A stretch of 63,351 nucleotides of DNA from a virus. Both the position numbers and the translations under genes were made by a program. The DNA is taken from IMG/VR virus record IMGVR_UViG_3300045988_110668, one strand, 5' to 3'. The notes under the pieces are model-generated. The model saw only the letters and a program-made list of their open reading frames with translations. It had not been told where the DNA came from and ran no database searches. Positions 7,800 through 17,693 of the stretch are shown here, piece by piece; within the stretch, counting starts at the first letter, position 1; each line of letters starts with the position of its first letter.

Positions 7800-8326
7800 A
7801 ATACGCCAAATTTTGAAAAGTAATTCTTAAGCGCCGGGTTAAGTACATATTTGAGGAAGTATTCACGGGACTTCACTCCTACTCCCAATATGGCACTCCC
7901 ATACTTCCTTTCTATATCCGGGCCTATGTCGCTTCCTCTTGTTTCTATCTTCAATCCCTTTGAGGACGAAGAGACACGTATAGAATCATAGAATTCGCCT
8001 GTTATAATGAGGTTGGGAGTATAAATATCTCTAGCCGGATAGCCCTGGAAAGAGGGAGTAGGTTTTGTTATTCTCTTCTTCATCTTAGCGTACCCCTTTG
8101 CATTGTTCTTCCACTTCCCGGCTTCATCAGTAGCAAACCAAGGGTCATTCAAGTAAGTCGGTCGCAATGGTTTATCATTCCCATTTACACCTGAATACAA
8201 CTGCTCTGTCACAAATTCCCTAACAAGAGATTTGTTCGAATCCATGGTATTTTGAATCTCTCCTTCAAACCCATTAACAAAAGCTGTCACATTATCCAAT
8301 GCTTCTTTTATTGTAGCCATATTCAA
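7796..8326 (-). CDS. Hypothetical structural-module protein (176 aa)
   Basis: Track ORF in the slot between the tail tube and the tape measure. Confidence 0.6.
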   Translation of the reverse strand: MNMATIKEALDNVTAFVNGFEGEIQNTMDSNKSLVREFVTEQLYSGVNGNDKPLRPTYLNDPWFATDEAGKWKNNAKGYAKMKKRITKPTPSFQGYPARDIYTPNLIITGEFYDSIRVSSSSKGLKIETRGSDIGPDIERKYGSAILGVGVKSREYFLKYVLNPALKNYFSKFGVL

Positions 8327-8385
8327 TTGATAAATAATAGAAAAAGGGAAGGCTACAGCCCTCCCTCCTCTGAAAAATAACCACT

Positions 8386-8574
8386 TTAAATAATACTCTC
8401 TGAAGGAGATCTGACACCTACAATTCTATCATAGATATCAGAGAGAATACTTTCCTTTTCATTTTCAGTCCGACCAGAAAAAAGGACTTTATGTTTAGCA
8501 ATAAACTCTTTTTTCTTCATTTTCCGCACTTCTTCGTCTACGAAATTGATACCTTCGACTTTCATGCCTTCCAT
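8386..8574 (-). CDS. Hypothetical protein (62 aa)
   Basis: Track ORF overlapping the stop of 8562..9410. Confidence 0.5.
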   Translation of the reverse strand: MEGMKVEGINFVDEEVRKMKKKEFIAKHKVLFSGRTENEKESILSDIYDRIVGVRSPSESII

Positions 8575-9410
8575 TGTTCAATACCGACAACACCATTCTC
8601 TTGTAGAACCTTCGGAGACTTCAAGGAAGGAGTACCGGTTGCTGTGATAACCAAATTTCCATTCTCAAATTTAACAGCGGACACCTCACCATCAAAACAA
8701 GTTGTTGCACCTTCAGCCAGTACCGCACCAAAGAAAGAAGTGATATCCAGATTTCCAAAGTGCTCTTTCAATTTATAATTGTTCTCTCCGGTATCCAGTT
8801 TTACAAGTTCAACATATACAAGGCCTTTCAAGGCTTCCACTACATCGAACTTATATACACGGTAATCAGCATTTTTCACATACTTCTCATAGTCCTTGAA
8901 CATTGTGCCTACCGTTAAATTAGCCTCGGTACCGGACGAATCCCAATCTTGGCCACCCGGATATATACCAGCAAGAGGAATACCGGCTAAAATATCAGTC
9001 CCGTCATTCATCCCATAAACAACATTGTTTTCATCCACGAAATAGGCATCAAAAGCCACTCCTTTAGCAGCCATGATATTTGCCTTTAAACTGGCGTCAT
9101 ATTCATCGACAGTCCACACATCATCTTTTGCTGAATACGAAGTGATTTTATTTGGACCGTAACCGACAGCGTTTTTATTCGCTTCACCGCCAGAAGGTGC
9201 GTATTCAATAATGGTTTTAATCGGAAAGATTCGATTTGGTCTATCATCGTGACAAGCAGCCTCCAGTAATTCAGCAGTCGCATTTGCCGGTAGCTTATAA
9301 CCATGCATAGTCAATATAATAGCCTTTACCTTTCCGGGATCAAGCAAACATTTTGAGGAACCGGTATTAAACTGAGCTATACCAGCACATTCTCTAAGTT
9401 CTATCGCCAT
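8562..9410 (-). CDS. Putative major tail (tube) protein
   Basis: 282-aa beta-rich ORF after the connector genes and before the tape-measure region. The call is based on position only. Confidence 0.45.
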   Translation of the reverse strand: MAIELRECAGIAQFNTGSSKCLLDPGKVKAIILTMHGYKLPANATAELLEAACHDDRPNRIFPIKTIIEYAPSGGEANKNAVGYGPNKITSYSAKDDVWTVDEYDASLKANIMAAKGVAFDAYFVDENNVVYGMNDGTDILAGIPLAGIYPGGQDWDSSGTEANLTVGTMFKDYEKYVKNADYRVYKFDVVEALKGLVYVELVKLDTGENNYKLKEHFGNLDITSFFGAVLAEGATTCFDGEVSAVKFENGNLVITATGTPSLKSPKVLQENGVVGIEQWKA

Positions 9411-9912
9411 AACATTTATTATTTTTGATTTTTATATTCAAATTCTTTATCTCAATAGCATCAATGAAATCTCTAAATGGTTTTCCGTCAGCTTCCACGC
9501 CTTTTCTGCCATATCGGTAGTTTTCCGTATACAAATGGGGAACTATACCGCTATATTCATTAATCAGGTCAGGAGAGGATAATATGCTACGAATAAATGC
9601 ATCATACACTGGCCGAAGCACTCTTTGAAAAGAAACCTTCTCTCTTTCCTCGTTAGTATACCCTTTTTGAGTATCAATCATAATAAGAAATTCAAGAGTT
9701 GCACCGAAAGTTTTGGATGTACGATCTTCGATATATGGTGAATACAGACATATTATAGGGAATTTTAAGCAACTTGTTTTCTGAGACTCACTCCATTCTG
9801 TCAATTGACCTGCAATGTATTCCCAATCCCCAAACATGTAAGATACGTTATTACCGTATATCTTAGCAGTATCTGCAACAACATCTCTAAATATGTCATT
9901 AATTGATTTCAT
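9394..9912 (-). CDS. Putative head-tail joining / tail terminator protein
   Basis: Synteny between the capsid and tail tube genes. Confidence 0.4.
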   Translation of the reverse strand: MKSINDIFRDVVADTAKIYGNNVSYMFGDWEYIAGQLTEWSESQKTSCLKFPIICLYSPYIEDRTSKTFGATLEFLIMIDTQKGYTNEEREKVSFQRVLRPVYDAFIRSILSSPDLINEYSGIVPHLYTENYRYGRKGVEADGKPFRDFIDAIEIKNLNIKIKNNKCYGDRT

Positions 9913-10406
9913 ATTCCCATTCCATTAATACATTCAAGCATAGTGCAGTTGAAAGAAAAACCTTCATATTCCTTATCTGATTCAAGAAAGTCATACAGGT
10001 CCTTATTCATCTGTACCATATCGTTCCAGGCAGAAACCAAAAGAATATTAGGATTAGCCTTCTCATCGCCAGAAGCATATACAGTTCCTACCGGAGTCTG
10101 TTTTATGCCACATCTTCTTACATAATGAAAATATACATAATTAGCCACCGGACTATATCCCCGAAAAGAAAGTTTATCCTTCAATTTTTCCCATTTATCG
10201 ACCTCATCTTCTTTTGATGAAAGATATTCAATAAATTTACGGCTCATACTTTCCCCTAAAACAAGTCGGAGATATTCTCTTTCATACAAATCAATATATG
10301 ATTGCAAATTATCTCTTTCCGCTATTCTGGTTGGTGAATCATTATCTATATCCCAGATAATGCCAATATTTAGAATCCCCGTAAAGTATGAACCGTCAAT
10401 AATCAT
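9909..10406 (-). CDS. Putative head-tail connector protein
   Basis: Synteny; ATGA overlap with the next gene. Confidence 0.4.
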   Translation of the reverse strand: MIIDGSYFTGILNIGIIWDIDNDSPTRIAERDNLQSYIDLYEREYLRLVLGESMSRKFIEYLSSKEDEVDKWEKLKDKLSFRGYSPVANYVYFHYVRRCGIKQTPVGTVYASGDEKANPNILLVSAWNDMVQMNKDLYDFLESDKEYEGFSFNCTMLECINGMGI

Positions 10407-10409
10407 GAA

Positions 10410-10625
10410 TTAGTCTTTTTTACGTTTTGTGAAAAGTTTTTCGCATCCTAAAGCCTTGGCATCATTAACCAATTCGCTAGTCGCTTCAATTTTACCTTCT
10501 GCATAAAACTTGCTGGCAAGAGGCATACCTACCATAACTTCCTCTCCACTTTTATACATTGTACCATCTTTGATAAACGTTACCTTGTAGCGTTTTGTCA
10601 AATTCATATTATATTCTCTTCCCAT
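10410..10625 (-). CDS. Hypothetical protein (71 aa) just downstream of the capsid gene
   Basis: Track ORF. Confidence 0.5.
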   Translation of the reverse strand: MGREYNMNLTKRYKVTFIKDGTMYKSGEEVMVGMPLASKFYAEGKIEATSELVNDAKALGCEKLFTKRKKD

Positions 10626-10632
10626 ACTTTAA

Positions 10633-11985
10633 TCAAATTGATTTGGTAATACCTTCAATAACTGTATTGAATTTGTCCTTAACAAATGCTGTCTTATATT
10701 GCGACTTGATGTAACACATCAGCCTTTTTTCAGCAAGCACCGTTACAATATTCTTTCTGAAATCATCGTTTTCCCAACCTAGAGAAATTGAAAGAGCCCA
10801 TAAGTCACGAATATTCAAATAAGAGAAATCTCCCATGATAAAGTCCCCCTGTGCTACTGCGGTAGTAGTTTCAACTCTTAATCCCTGAATCAACTCATCG
10901 TTGTATCGGAATGGGCGTAAGTACTGTCCGTTAGCATCTTTCGTTAATTGCATTGAAGCATAATCCAAAGGATTCATCAACACCAAGTTTGGACGATAAG
11001 CCATTTCACTAGTCGAGACGATTTGAGAATAAGCAGCAACAAGAGCGTCAAACATATTAGCCTTATCAATATAGAAGTTTGTCAAAGAGAAAGCCGGCAT
11101 ATCTGCGGCCACACCTTTGATTTCTCCAGACGATCCTGTACCTTCCAAAATTCCCTGTTCTTCCTTTATACCAAGCTTATTGACCATTTCCGTTTGTACC
11201 TCATTCACAAAGCTTGGAAAATCAGAAAGAGTTTCCTCTGTGAATTTAGCAGCAATAGCGACCTTGGCTGCCGTAACGGTCTTTTCTGCTAAAGTTGCAT
11301 CCATTAACGGTTTTAATCCGCCTTCGGAAACCCAAGCTGCATCACCATCTTTACTAACATATTCTGCATAAATAAGCGACCTGCTGTTAGTCCCAGAAAC
11401 ACTTGCATAATTACGAATTACAGTTTGAGATCTTGGATTTACAGATAAATTGGGATCGATCTCAACACCATAATGAGGGGCCAAAGAACCAGACGATATA
11501 ACCGCAGCATCCTTTGTATTTACTACCAGATTCAACTCTAACTTATTGCCCGGAGATGCTTTGCATGCAGACTTCAAATCAACTGTAGAACAACCATTTT
11601 GGTTTTCGGTAATATAAGCTTTTAACTGTTCCCGAAGTTGATCTTCAATAGACTTTAATTTATATGTCCCTCCTTTTGTCTTTTCGGTGGCCGCCTTAAT
11701 GCGTACAATTGTTTCTTCAAAAGATTTTAAGCGTTCATTGATAGATTCACTATCTGCAAATCCTTTTACTTCTTTCTTCAACTCCTCAATAGATTTTGTT
11801 GCATCTTCGATTGATTCCTTCATGGACTTAGAATCAATTTCATCTTTCATAAACTGATCAAAGAGAGCTTCCATATAGCCGTCAAGCCCTTTGGAAAACA
11901 CATCGAAAACCTTAGATTCATCTTCGGACAATCCTTTTGTATCAAGAAAGTCTTTAAACTCAATCTTTTTCACTTCTTTTCCCAT
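10633..11985 (-). CDS. Major capsid protein (HK97-like, with a coiled-coil N-terminal region)
   Basis: 450-aa ORF immediately after the prohead protease, with an E/K-rich coiled coil at the N-terminus. The call rests on synteny and size. Confidence 0.7.
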   Translation of the reverse strand: MGKEVKKIEFKDFLDTKGLSEDESKVFDVFSKGLDGYMEALFDQFMKDEIDSKSMKESIEDATKSIEELKKEVKGFADSESINERLKSFEETIVRIKAATEKTKGGTYKLKSIEDQLREQLKAYITENQNGCSTVDLKSACKASPGNKLELNLVVNTKDAAVISSGSLAPHYGVEIDPNLSVNPRSQTVIRNYASVSGTNSRSLIYAEYVSKDGDAAWVSEGGLKPLMDATLAEKTVTAAKVAIAAKFTEETLSDFPSFVNEVQTEMVNKLGIKEEQGILEGTGSSGEIKGVAADMPAFSLTNFYIDKANMFDALVAAYSQIVSTSEMAYRPNLVLMNPLDYASMQLTKDANGQYLRPFRYNDELIQGLRVETTTAVAQGDFIMGDFSYLNIRDLWALSISLGWENDDFRKNIVTVLAEKRLMCYIKSQYKTAFVKDKFNTVIEGITKSI

Positions 11986-11987
11986 AC

Positions 11988-12740
11988 TTACTTTAATTTT
12001 AAATTTTTGAACATCGATTTCACCTTATTGCCATGCATGTCGGCTTCCTTTTCTTCAAGTGAAGATTCTTTCCGATTCTCCGGCTTGAAAGATGCAAGTG
12101 ACATTGCTTTTGATATAATTCTTTGTATCTTCTGTTGCTTGGATGCGGACATTCCTGAACACATTTCAGATATTTCGAAATTTAATTCTTCATAAGCTTT
12201 TTCAGTATCTTCTATAGATTTTAACCCCAAATATTCAGTTTTCCCATTGCAACCGATAGAGACTACTGATATCTCATAAAGCTTTACCTCTTTCACAATG
12301 AAAGCGTCTTTTTCCGCATCGTATTCGCAATTTTCCCACACATATTGATAACCTATAGAGAACTGGTTTAAAGTTCCAGATTCGAGCTGTTTTATTGCCT
12401 GTTCTCCTCTCAGTACTTCATCTATTATTGCTTCAAAATAAAGCCCCTTTTCATCTTCGTTCAATACTGTAATCCGACCTATAGGTTCATTCATGTTATG
12501 CATCCACAACATGATTATCTTGTCATTTGCAGAACTCTCTGGACCTCGATCTTGGATACTCTTCGAGAAACAACCCTTAACCAATATATCTCCGGCTTTA
12601 TCTTTATTCCCAAAGACCGCAGCATAACCGCTAATAGTACGGCTTTCGTTGTCGTAATTTACTTCTTTAGCATAAATGGAGAATGTCTTATACTGCATCC
12701 CCATTCTTCCGCTATATTTATTAGTTTTATCCATTTTCAA
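11988..12740 (-). CDS. Prohead protease (HK97 / S78-like)
   Basis: 250-aa ORF between the portal and capsid genes. N-terminal region ISGYAAVFGNKDKAGDILVKGCFSKSI resembles prohead proteases. Confidence 0.65.
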   Translation of the reverse strand: MKMDKTNKYSGRMGMQYKTFSIYAKEVNYDNESRTISGYAAVFGNKDKAGDILVKGCFSKSIQDRGPESSANDKIIMLWMHNMNEPIGRITVLNEDEKGLYFEAIIDEVLRGEQAIKQLESGTLNQFSIGYQYVWENCEYDAEKDAFIVKEVKLYEISVVSIGCNGKTEYLGLKSIEDTEKAYEELNFEISEMCSGMSASKQQKIQRIISKAMSLASFKPENRKESSLEEKEADMHGNKVKSMFKNLKLK

Positions 12741-14040
12741 TAGAGTTATTAGTTTTTAATTCACCTTTTGGATTATCAGGATCAATATCTATAAACTTTG
12801 CTAGCTCATTTCTGGATTCATCAAGAGTTATTTGACCTTTTTCAACTAACTGAATTAAAGAAGAAGCCATTTTCTGAAATGCAGAAGAAGATGATGATTT
12901 ATCCTTTTGAAGGCAGTCTACATGGGTATAATCCAGCTTTATAAAAACACCCTTAGGGCAAATAGCGTCCGTTAAAGCTTCTGCAACTTTTTCAGAATCA
13001 GGAATAATAAGACCTTGATAAGCTGATTTTTCAGCTATGCTTTTATTGTCATATTTAGATTCATCAAATAAGCTATAATCAACTCCTACCGCATTGCATA
13101 TCTTTCTGCTACATCGTTCATCCTCTTCATGAAGTTTAAGCTGGGAGGAATCATAATTCAAAGGAATCCAACCAAGTTTTATCTTTGATGTCAGAATTGG
13201 GAATTTATTGAGAATGCCATATTTTTCTTTTAGTTTAGATTCCAATATTTCTTTTTCCTCTGGTGTCATAACTTGATTACCCATCTTATCGGTATAATCA
13301 GAATAAATAATACCTTTGGGACCGCCATTTACAATTAATTGATAACTGGCTGTCATCGCTGCAATCCAGTTATTAACCGGCATAGAAAGGGAGTCTGTAA
13401 CAGAAGAGAATTCTATGTCTCGATTGGAACCATTAACATTTGCAGAACTATCGTAAATTACAAAGTAGTCTTCGTCTGATAATTCTTCCCGCAAACCATC
13501 CCACTCCAAGTATACGCTAGAAACAATATCCTTTATATCATACTGGCGAAATAGTTTCCCAGAAGAAACCATGTGAAATATCTGTGCAGGTATGATATAC
13601 ATTGCGAGTGGCAATGATTTTTTTGCTGCTCTTACAGTGAAAATGGGACAATATCCGAAAAGTTTAAGAGACATCTCAATCTCTTTTAAAAAACCAACCC
13701 TTGTTTGAAGTGGATTAGGACGTGACAACAACTCTCTAATGTCGTTATATCCCTCTTTTTCATTACCTTCCTTATCTGTGACATATATTTTCCCATTCGC
13801 AAAAAGAGAACCTATTTTATTTACAACAGTAGAAAACGGGGTACATACAAGAAGAGAATCTGCTTTATCCCTATCCAATGTTAGATCATAATCATTTTTA
13901 ATTTTACCAGATGGCGAGAAGAAATTGGAAAGATACCAGAAATTCCCATTAGAATCCTTTTCAATAGCCTTTACTGTCTCTCTCATGGAGGGAACAGATA
14001 TATTAATCCTTTTTTGAAACCAATTTCCTAATTTAGACAT
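12727..14040 (-). CDS. Portal protein
   Basis: ~437-aa ORF upstream of the protease. Start chosen at MSKLGNWFQKRI (ATG 14040). Confidence 0.65.
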   Translation of the reverse strand: MSKLGNWFQKRINISVPSMRETVKAIEKDSNGNFWYLSNFFSPSGKIKNDYDLTLDRDKADSLLVCTPFSTVVNKIGSLFANGKIYVTDKEGNEKEGYNDIRELLSRPNPLQTRVGFLKEIEMSLKLFGYCPIFTVRAAKKSLPLAMYIIPAQIFHMVSSGKLFRQYDIKDIVSSVYLEWDGLREELSDEDYFVIYDSSANVNGSNRDIEFSSVTDSLSMPVNNWIAAMTASYQLIVNGGPKGIIYSDYTDKMGNQVMTPEEKEILESKLKEKYGILNKFPILTSKIKLGWIPLNYDSSQLKLHEEDERCSRKICNAVGVDYSLFDESKYDNKSIAEKSAYQGLIIPDSEKVAEALTDAICPKGVFIKLDYTHVDCLQKDKSSSSSAFQKMASSLIQLVEKGQITLDESRNELAKFIDIDPDNPKGELKTNNSIENG

Positions 14041-14267
14041 AAAAAGAATGATTATCTGATTTGAGATAACCATTCCCTACGAAATGAAGAGGTCTTTACG
14101 GACAAAAACACTAACGAAAAAATCCGATAGCATAAAAACGTATAGGTTCCGTGCGTCTTCACACGAAGGGATTGGTAATCCTCACCGCAAATATATATAT
14201 TATTTCTATTTAGTCCAAATAAAAATAGATAATTATTTTATGATGAAATAGACATGTTTATATAAAC

Positions 14268-14292
14268 AGAAAAAGCAGCTTTAAAAGCTACT
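14268..14292 (-). terminator. Rho-independent terminator ending antirepressor cassette 2
   Basis: Minus strand: AGTAGCTTT-T-AAAGCTGCT followed by TTTTTC. Confidence 0.6.
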
Positions 14293-14304
14293 CTTTCTTT
14301 TCGA

Positions 14305-14343
14305 TGGCGTCAACTAATGTGCCGGAACCGATACCCCTGACAC
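14305..14343 (-). repeat. Conserved motif GTGTCAGGGG..CCGGCACATTAGTTGACGCCA (copy 2 of 3)
   Basis: Matches 6523-6563. Confidence 0.8.
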
Positions 14344-14347
14344 TGGT

Positions 14348-14503
14348 TTATTTCGATTTTTCAATCTTCATTTTTATTATCCTAGGAGAAGATAAATGCT
14401 TCGTGTTCAACTCCTTTTCCATTTCAGACATTCTTTCTTTCAGTTTTAGATACTCGTTTGTCAAAGTAATAACTCTTTGTAGCAAGACTTCGTACATATC
14501 CAT
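14348..14503 (-). CDS. Small coiled-coil protein (51 aa), paralog of 6363..6518
   Basis: Internal Met of track ORF 14348..14617. It is preceded by the same GAATCACAC x2 spacer as its paralog. Confidence 0.65.
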   Translation of the reverse strand: MDMYEVLLQRVITLTNEYLKLKERMSEMEKELNTKHLSSPRIIKMKIEKSK

Positions 14504-14617
14504 AGCGACATATTTTATGGTGTGATTCGTGTGATTATTCGATATAATTGTGTGTACTCCCTGTGTATTGATAAATAGTACACAGGGATGATGAAAATGT
14601 GCTGTCAGCTTATACAA

Positions 14618-15448
14618 TCAAGACAATTTTGCAAGTTGGAACCCTAATAGCCCCAATAGTTCTATAAATTTATCCTCATACCATAAAGGTTGAGTGCTTT
14701 TAGGATTGTTGGGATTGACTTGATTTTCACCGTACAAAAGACCTGATTCAGTTATGGATTTGAAAGGCTTGTCTTTACCATGTGACGATTTTCTTTTCAT
14801 CTCACATAAGAATCCCTTTTGAATTGCTCTTTGATTAAACGCTTGTGCACTGATAGATAATCCTTTTTCTTTGAGCAATTCAGTGGCGGACTTTACTATC
14901 CCTTTGCTTGGGGTATAATCGGGTGTAGGTAATCCGAGAGGAGTGGCTACTTTCCCAAGCAATGAAAGTTTAGAAGAATCATTAAGATTAAGCAGTTCAC
15001 TTACACCCTTTACCCATTCAAGACCAACACGGACTTTTGTTGTTAAGGATGGCTCACGCTTAGATTTGTTCTGGTCTTCGATTGTTTTCTGGGCAGTGTG
15101 GTGGAATACTTGTCTGTACACCTCAAACACAGGTCTTACTTTGCGGGCGATGAAGAACTCCATACAAGAAACGGTTAGGTAGTAGTTCACTTTGTTGTTA
15201 CCTCCCCAACTTGCTTCATCTTGCTTGCCATTTTGGGCAAGCGTTTTGTAATCAACTCCTTCAATGAATTGCTCGTTTGATGTCAAAGCTCTAACAGCCT
15301 TTCCCTTTTCAGAATAGACCAACGGCCACACTTCATCAAGGTTAATTGGGAACTCGTTATCAGATTGGGATAACTTTAATACAACGTTGAAGTACGCTTT
15401 GATTTCGCTTTCGCTACTTTCCTTTGATAGAATAATTTCTTTTGCCAT
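14618..15448 (-). CDS. Antirepressor-like DNA-binding protein (276 aa)
   Basis: It occupies the same cassette position as the Rha/KilAC gene. The N-terminus FPINLDEVWPLVYSEKGKAVRAL..FIEGVDY resembles phage antirepressor N-domains; this family call is from memory only. Confidence 0.5.
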   Translation of the reverse strand: MAKEIILSKESSESEIKAYFNVVLKLSQSDNEFPINLDEVWPLVYSEKGKAVRALTSNEQFIEGVDYKTLAQNGKQDEASWGGNNKVNYYLTVSCMEFFIARKVRPVFEVYRQVFHHTAQKTIEDQNKSKREPSLTTKVRVGLEWVKGVSELLNLNDSSKLSLLGKVATPLGLPTPDYTPSKGIVKSATELLKEKGLSISAQAFNQRAIQKGFLCEMKRKSSHGKDKPFKSITESGLLYGENQVNPNNPKSTQPLWYEDKFIELLGLLGFQLAKLS

Positions 15449-15469
15449 TTTTGTAACGTTTTATGGCAT

Positions 15470-15660
15470 TGCAGAAAAAAAGACGGTCTGCAATTAACCC
15501 GTCGTTACACATACCTTAGTGGCAGTTGGGAAGCTGTTAACTTTCCTCACAGGTTTGCAGACCGTTGTATTATATATACAGCGTACTTACAAGCATAAAA
15601 AATGCCTGCTATTAGCAGACAACCGTCTGCCACTAAATATGTGTAACGCTGCAAATATAC
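15470..15660 (-). promoter_or_regulatory. Promoter plus structured leader (leader copy 2)
   Basis: Elements: TATATTTG 15659-15652; P1 strands 15647-15627 / 15525-15504 (20 bp); identical 22-nt box 15609-15588; terminator stem 15565-15555 / 15493-15483 (11 bp); T-run. Confidence 0.7.
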
Positions 15661-15812
15661 GCCATTTTTCTATAACGCCAAAGTTTTACATAAAAATTTT
15701 ATCTGATTATTATTGAATGAACATTGCTGAAATGTTCTATTTTTAATATAATTATAAAATCGGTCAGAAAAACACCGAGGGTAATACAAAAAACAATGTC
15801 CTATTTTTAAGA

Positions 15813-17693
15813 TTATATCATTTTTAAAGATTTTACACGAGCACATACACAAGATAGCACATACATACTTTCAAAACTGTTAATGCCGTCATAATCAGAC
15901 ATATTAGCTATTAATGCACTAAATGAATCATCCAATTCTGGAAAACAGATTGTTTTAATAATCGATTTATAAGATTCAATCATGGTTTTCTTGTCTGCTG
16001 TTTCTTCTCTTACCCACAAATTATGATCAACACGCCTTCTATAATCGTCTGCATAATGTTTCATCTCAACAGGTATCTCCATTTGTGCATTCCCGTCTAT
16101 TTTATTAATAAGCTGGTCAACAGGTATTAACGAATCGGAGAACAAGCAATCAATCATGAATATCTTTCCGTCAACAGCACAATAAGAAACCATTATAAAT
16201 AGCCCATTAATATTCGGGTGTATCTCAACAAATATATGGTTATTTTCTCCCATCTCTTCTTTCTTGTAGTACAGGACATCTATTTCACCTCTCATTTCCA
16301 CAGTTCCTGTAAGAGCATCGCAAGCATCATCATAAGAATTCTTTCCTTTCTTCCTATATGTTTTCAGTTGAGACGCAAACTCCGGCCACCTCCTTTCCCA
16401 ATCAGTAGGAAAATAAGTAAGATTTATCACCTCGGAAGATCTGGTAAAGATCCGAACCTCCTTATTTTTTGACTGATGAAACCAGCTTACTTGAGTCCTA
16501 GGATTACCAATTATCCGCATCTGTTTCTCTACATTCCTAGCAAATCCTCTTCCTCCATTATTGCTTTCCATATTCGCCTTGGATATTTGGTCTTTAGTAA
16601 GCATTTTAGCTGTTTCCGGCTCGGTAAATTCCATGTCCTTTTGTGTAAAAAGGACATCAAGAATAAAATTTCCTATCTCCGTATCAATATAATCAATAGA
16701 GCATAAATAATCACTCCCCGTATCTGCTGTATCTGTGTAATTCTTTCTTATTGCCCTATTTGTGATTGGTATAGTATCATAAGTTTTAAATTTACTATAC
16801 ATTAAGCCCTCCATAGGAGTAGGATTCTGCATATATTGAGTTTCAAAGACATAGCTGTTTACTTTTTGCATTCTATGCAGTTCTTCAAGTGTATGCTTAA
16901 ACTCCCATAAGGCTTTCTCTTCCCCATTTTCATAGACTATTACAGGAAGTGACAAAACAGTCCATTCTCCTGGCTCCGTTTCCATTAAATATCCGCAAAG
17001 GTCATGCTCATGAAGCCTTTGCATGATGATTATGATAGGGGTATTCCGTGAGTTTACACGGTTTCTTATTGTTGTTTCAAACCTTTGATTTACTTTTTCC
17101 CTAGGAGTGTCAGATATCGCATCTTCAGGCTTAACCGGATCGTCAATAATCAATGCACCTGCAAATTTAGAAGAAGGTTTTAATTCTTCTAATGCTTCGG
17201 ATAAATCGTTTTTATCATCGACAGCACCGGCTCCAAAACCTGTAACTTGCCCCCCAGCAGCCGTAGCGTACATGCCACCTCCTTCTGTTGTGTACCATTT
17301 CTTTTTTGCATCACTAGTTTTCTTTATGCCTACATAAGGAAATATACACTTGTATTCTTCCGACTTAACTATATCTCTTACTTCCTCCGAATTATCATTA
17401 GCAAGATCATCAGAATAAGACAAATGAAGAAATTTGGCAGATGGATTGATTGCAAGTCCATACGATATGAAATTCTTAACTACTAATTCCGTCTTGGAAT
17501 ACCTCGGAGCTATGTTTATAATCAGTTTCTTTATTTTTCCGTCAATCACATCATCAAGAGCCTGGCATATCTTTACGTGATGGTCGTTTACTACAAATTT
17601 ACGACCAAATCTTGCTTTAAAGAAATACCTCGTATAGTTCAATGTTCCTGACAAGCAAAATGCCCGTATGTAATCATATCCTTCCCCCATCAT
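15813..17693 (-). CDS. terL: Terminase large subunit
   Basis: 626-aa ORF overlapping the stop of the small-terminase gene. It has an ATPase-like N-terminal half (..LIINIAPRYSKTE.., ..ALIIDDPVKPED..) and a nuclease-sized C-terminal half. Confidence 0.8.
   Translation of the reverse strand: MMGEGYDYIRAFCLSGTLNYTRYFFKARFGRKFVVNDHHVKICQALDDVIDGKIKKLIINIAPRYSKTELVVKNFISYGLAINPSAKFLHLSYSDDLANDNSEEVRDIVKSEEYKCIFPYVGIKKTSDAKKKWYTTEGGGMYATAAGGQVTGFGAGAVDDKNDLSEALEELKPSSKFAGALIIDDPVKPEDAISDTPREKVNQRFETTIRNRVNSRNTPIIIIMQRLHEHDLCGYLMETEPGEWTVLSLPVIVYENGEEKALWEFKHTLEELHRMQKVNSYVFETQYMQNPTPMEGLMYSKFKTYDTIPITNRAIRKNYTDTADTGSDYLCSIDYIDTEIGNFILDVLFTQKDMEFTEPETAKMLTKDQISKANMESNNGGRGFARNVEKQMRIIGNPRTQVSWFHQSKNKEVRIFTRSSEVINLTYFPTDWERRWPEFASQLKTYRKKGKNSYDDACDALTGTVEMRGEIDVLYYKKEEMGENNHIFVEIHPNINGLFIMVSYCAVDGKIFMIDCLFSDSLIPVDQLINKIDGNAQMEIPVEMKHYADDYRRRVDHNLWVREETADKKTMIESYKSIIKTICFPELDDSFSALIANMSDYDGINSFESMYVLSCVCARVKSLKMI

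Noticed and set aside
7796-8574. A programmed -1 frameshift tail-chaperone pair (G/GT).
   Set aside because: The two ORFs are separated by a 59-nt gap rather than overlapping, and I found no slippery heptamer with an extended alternative frame.
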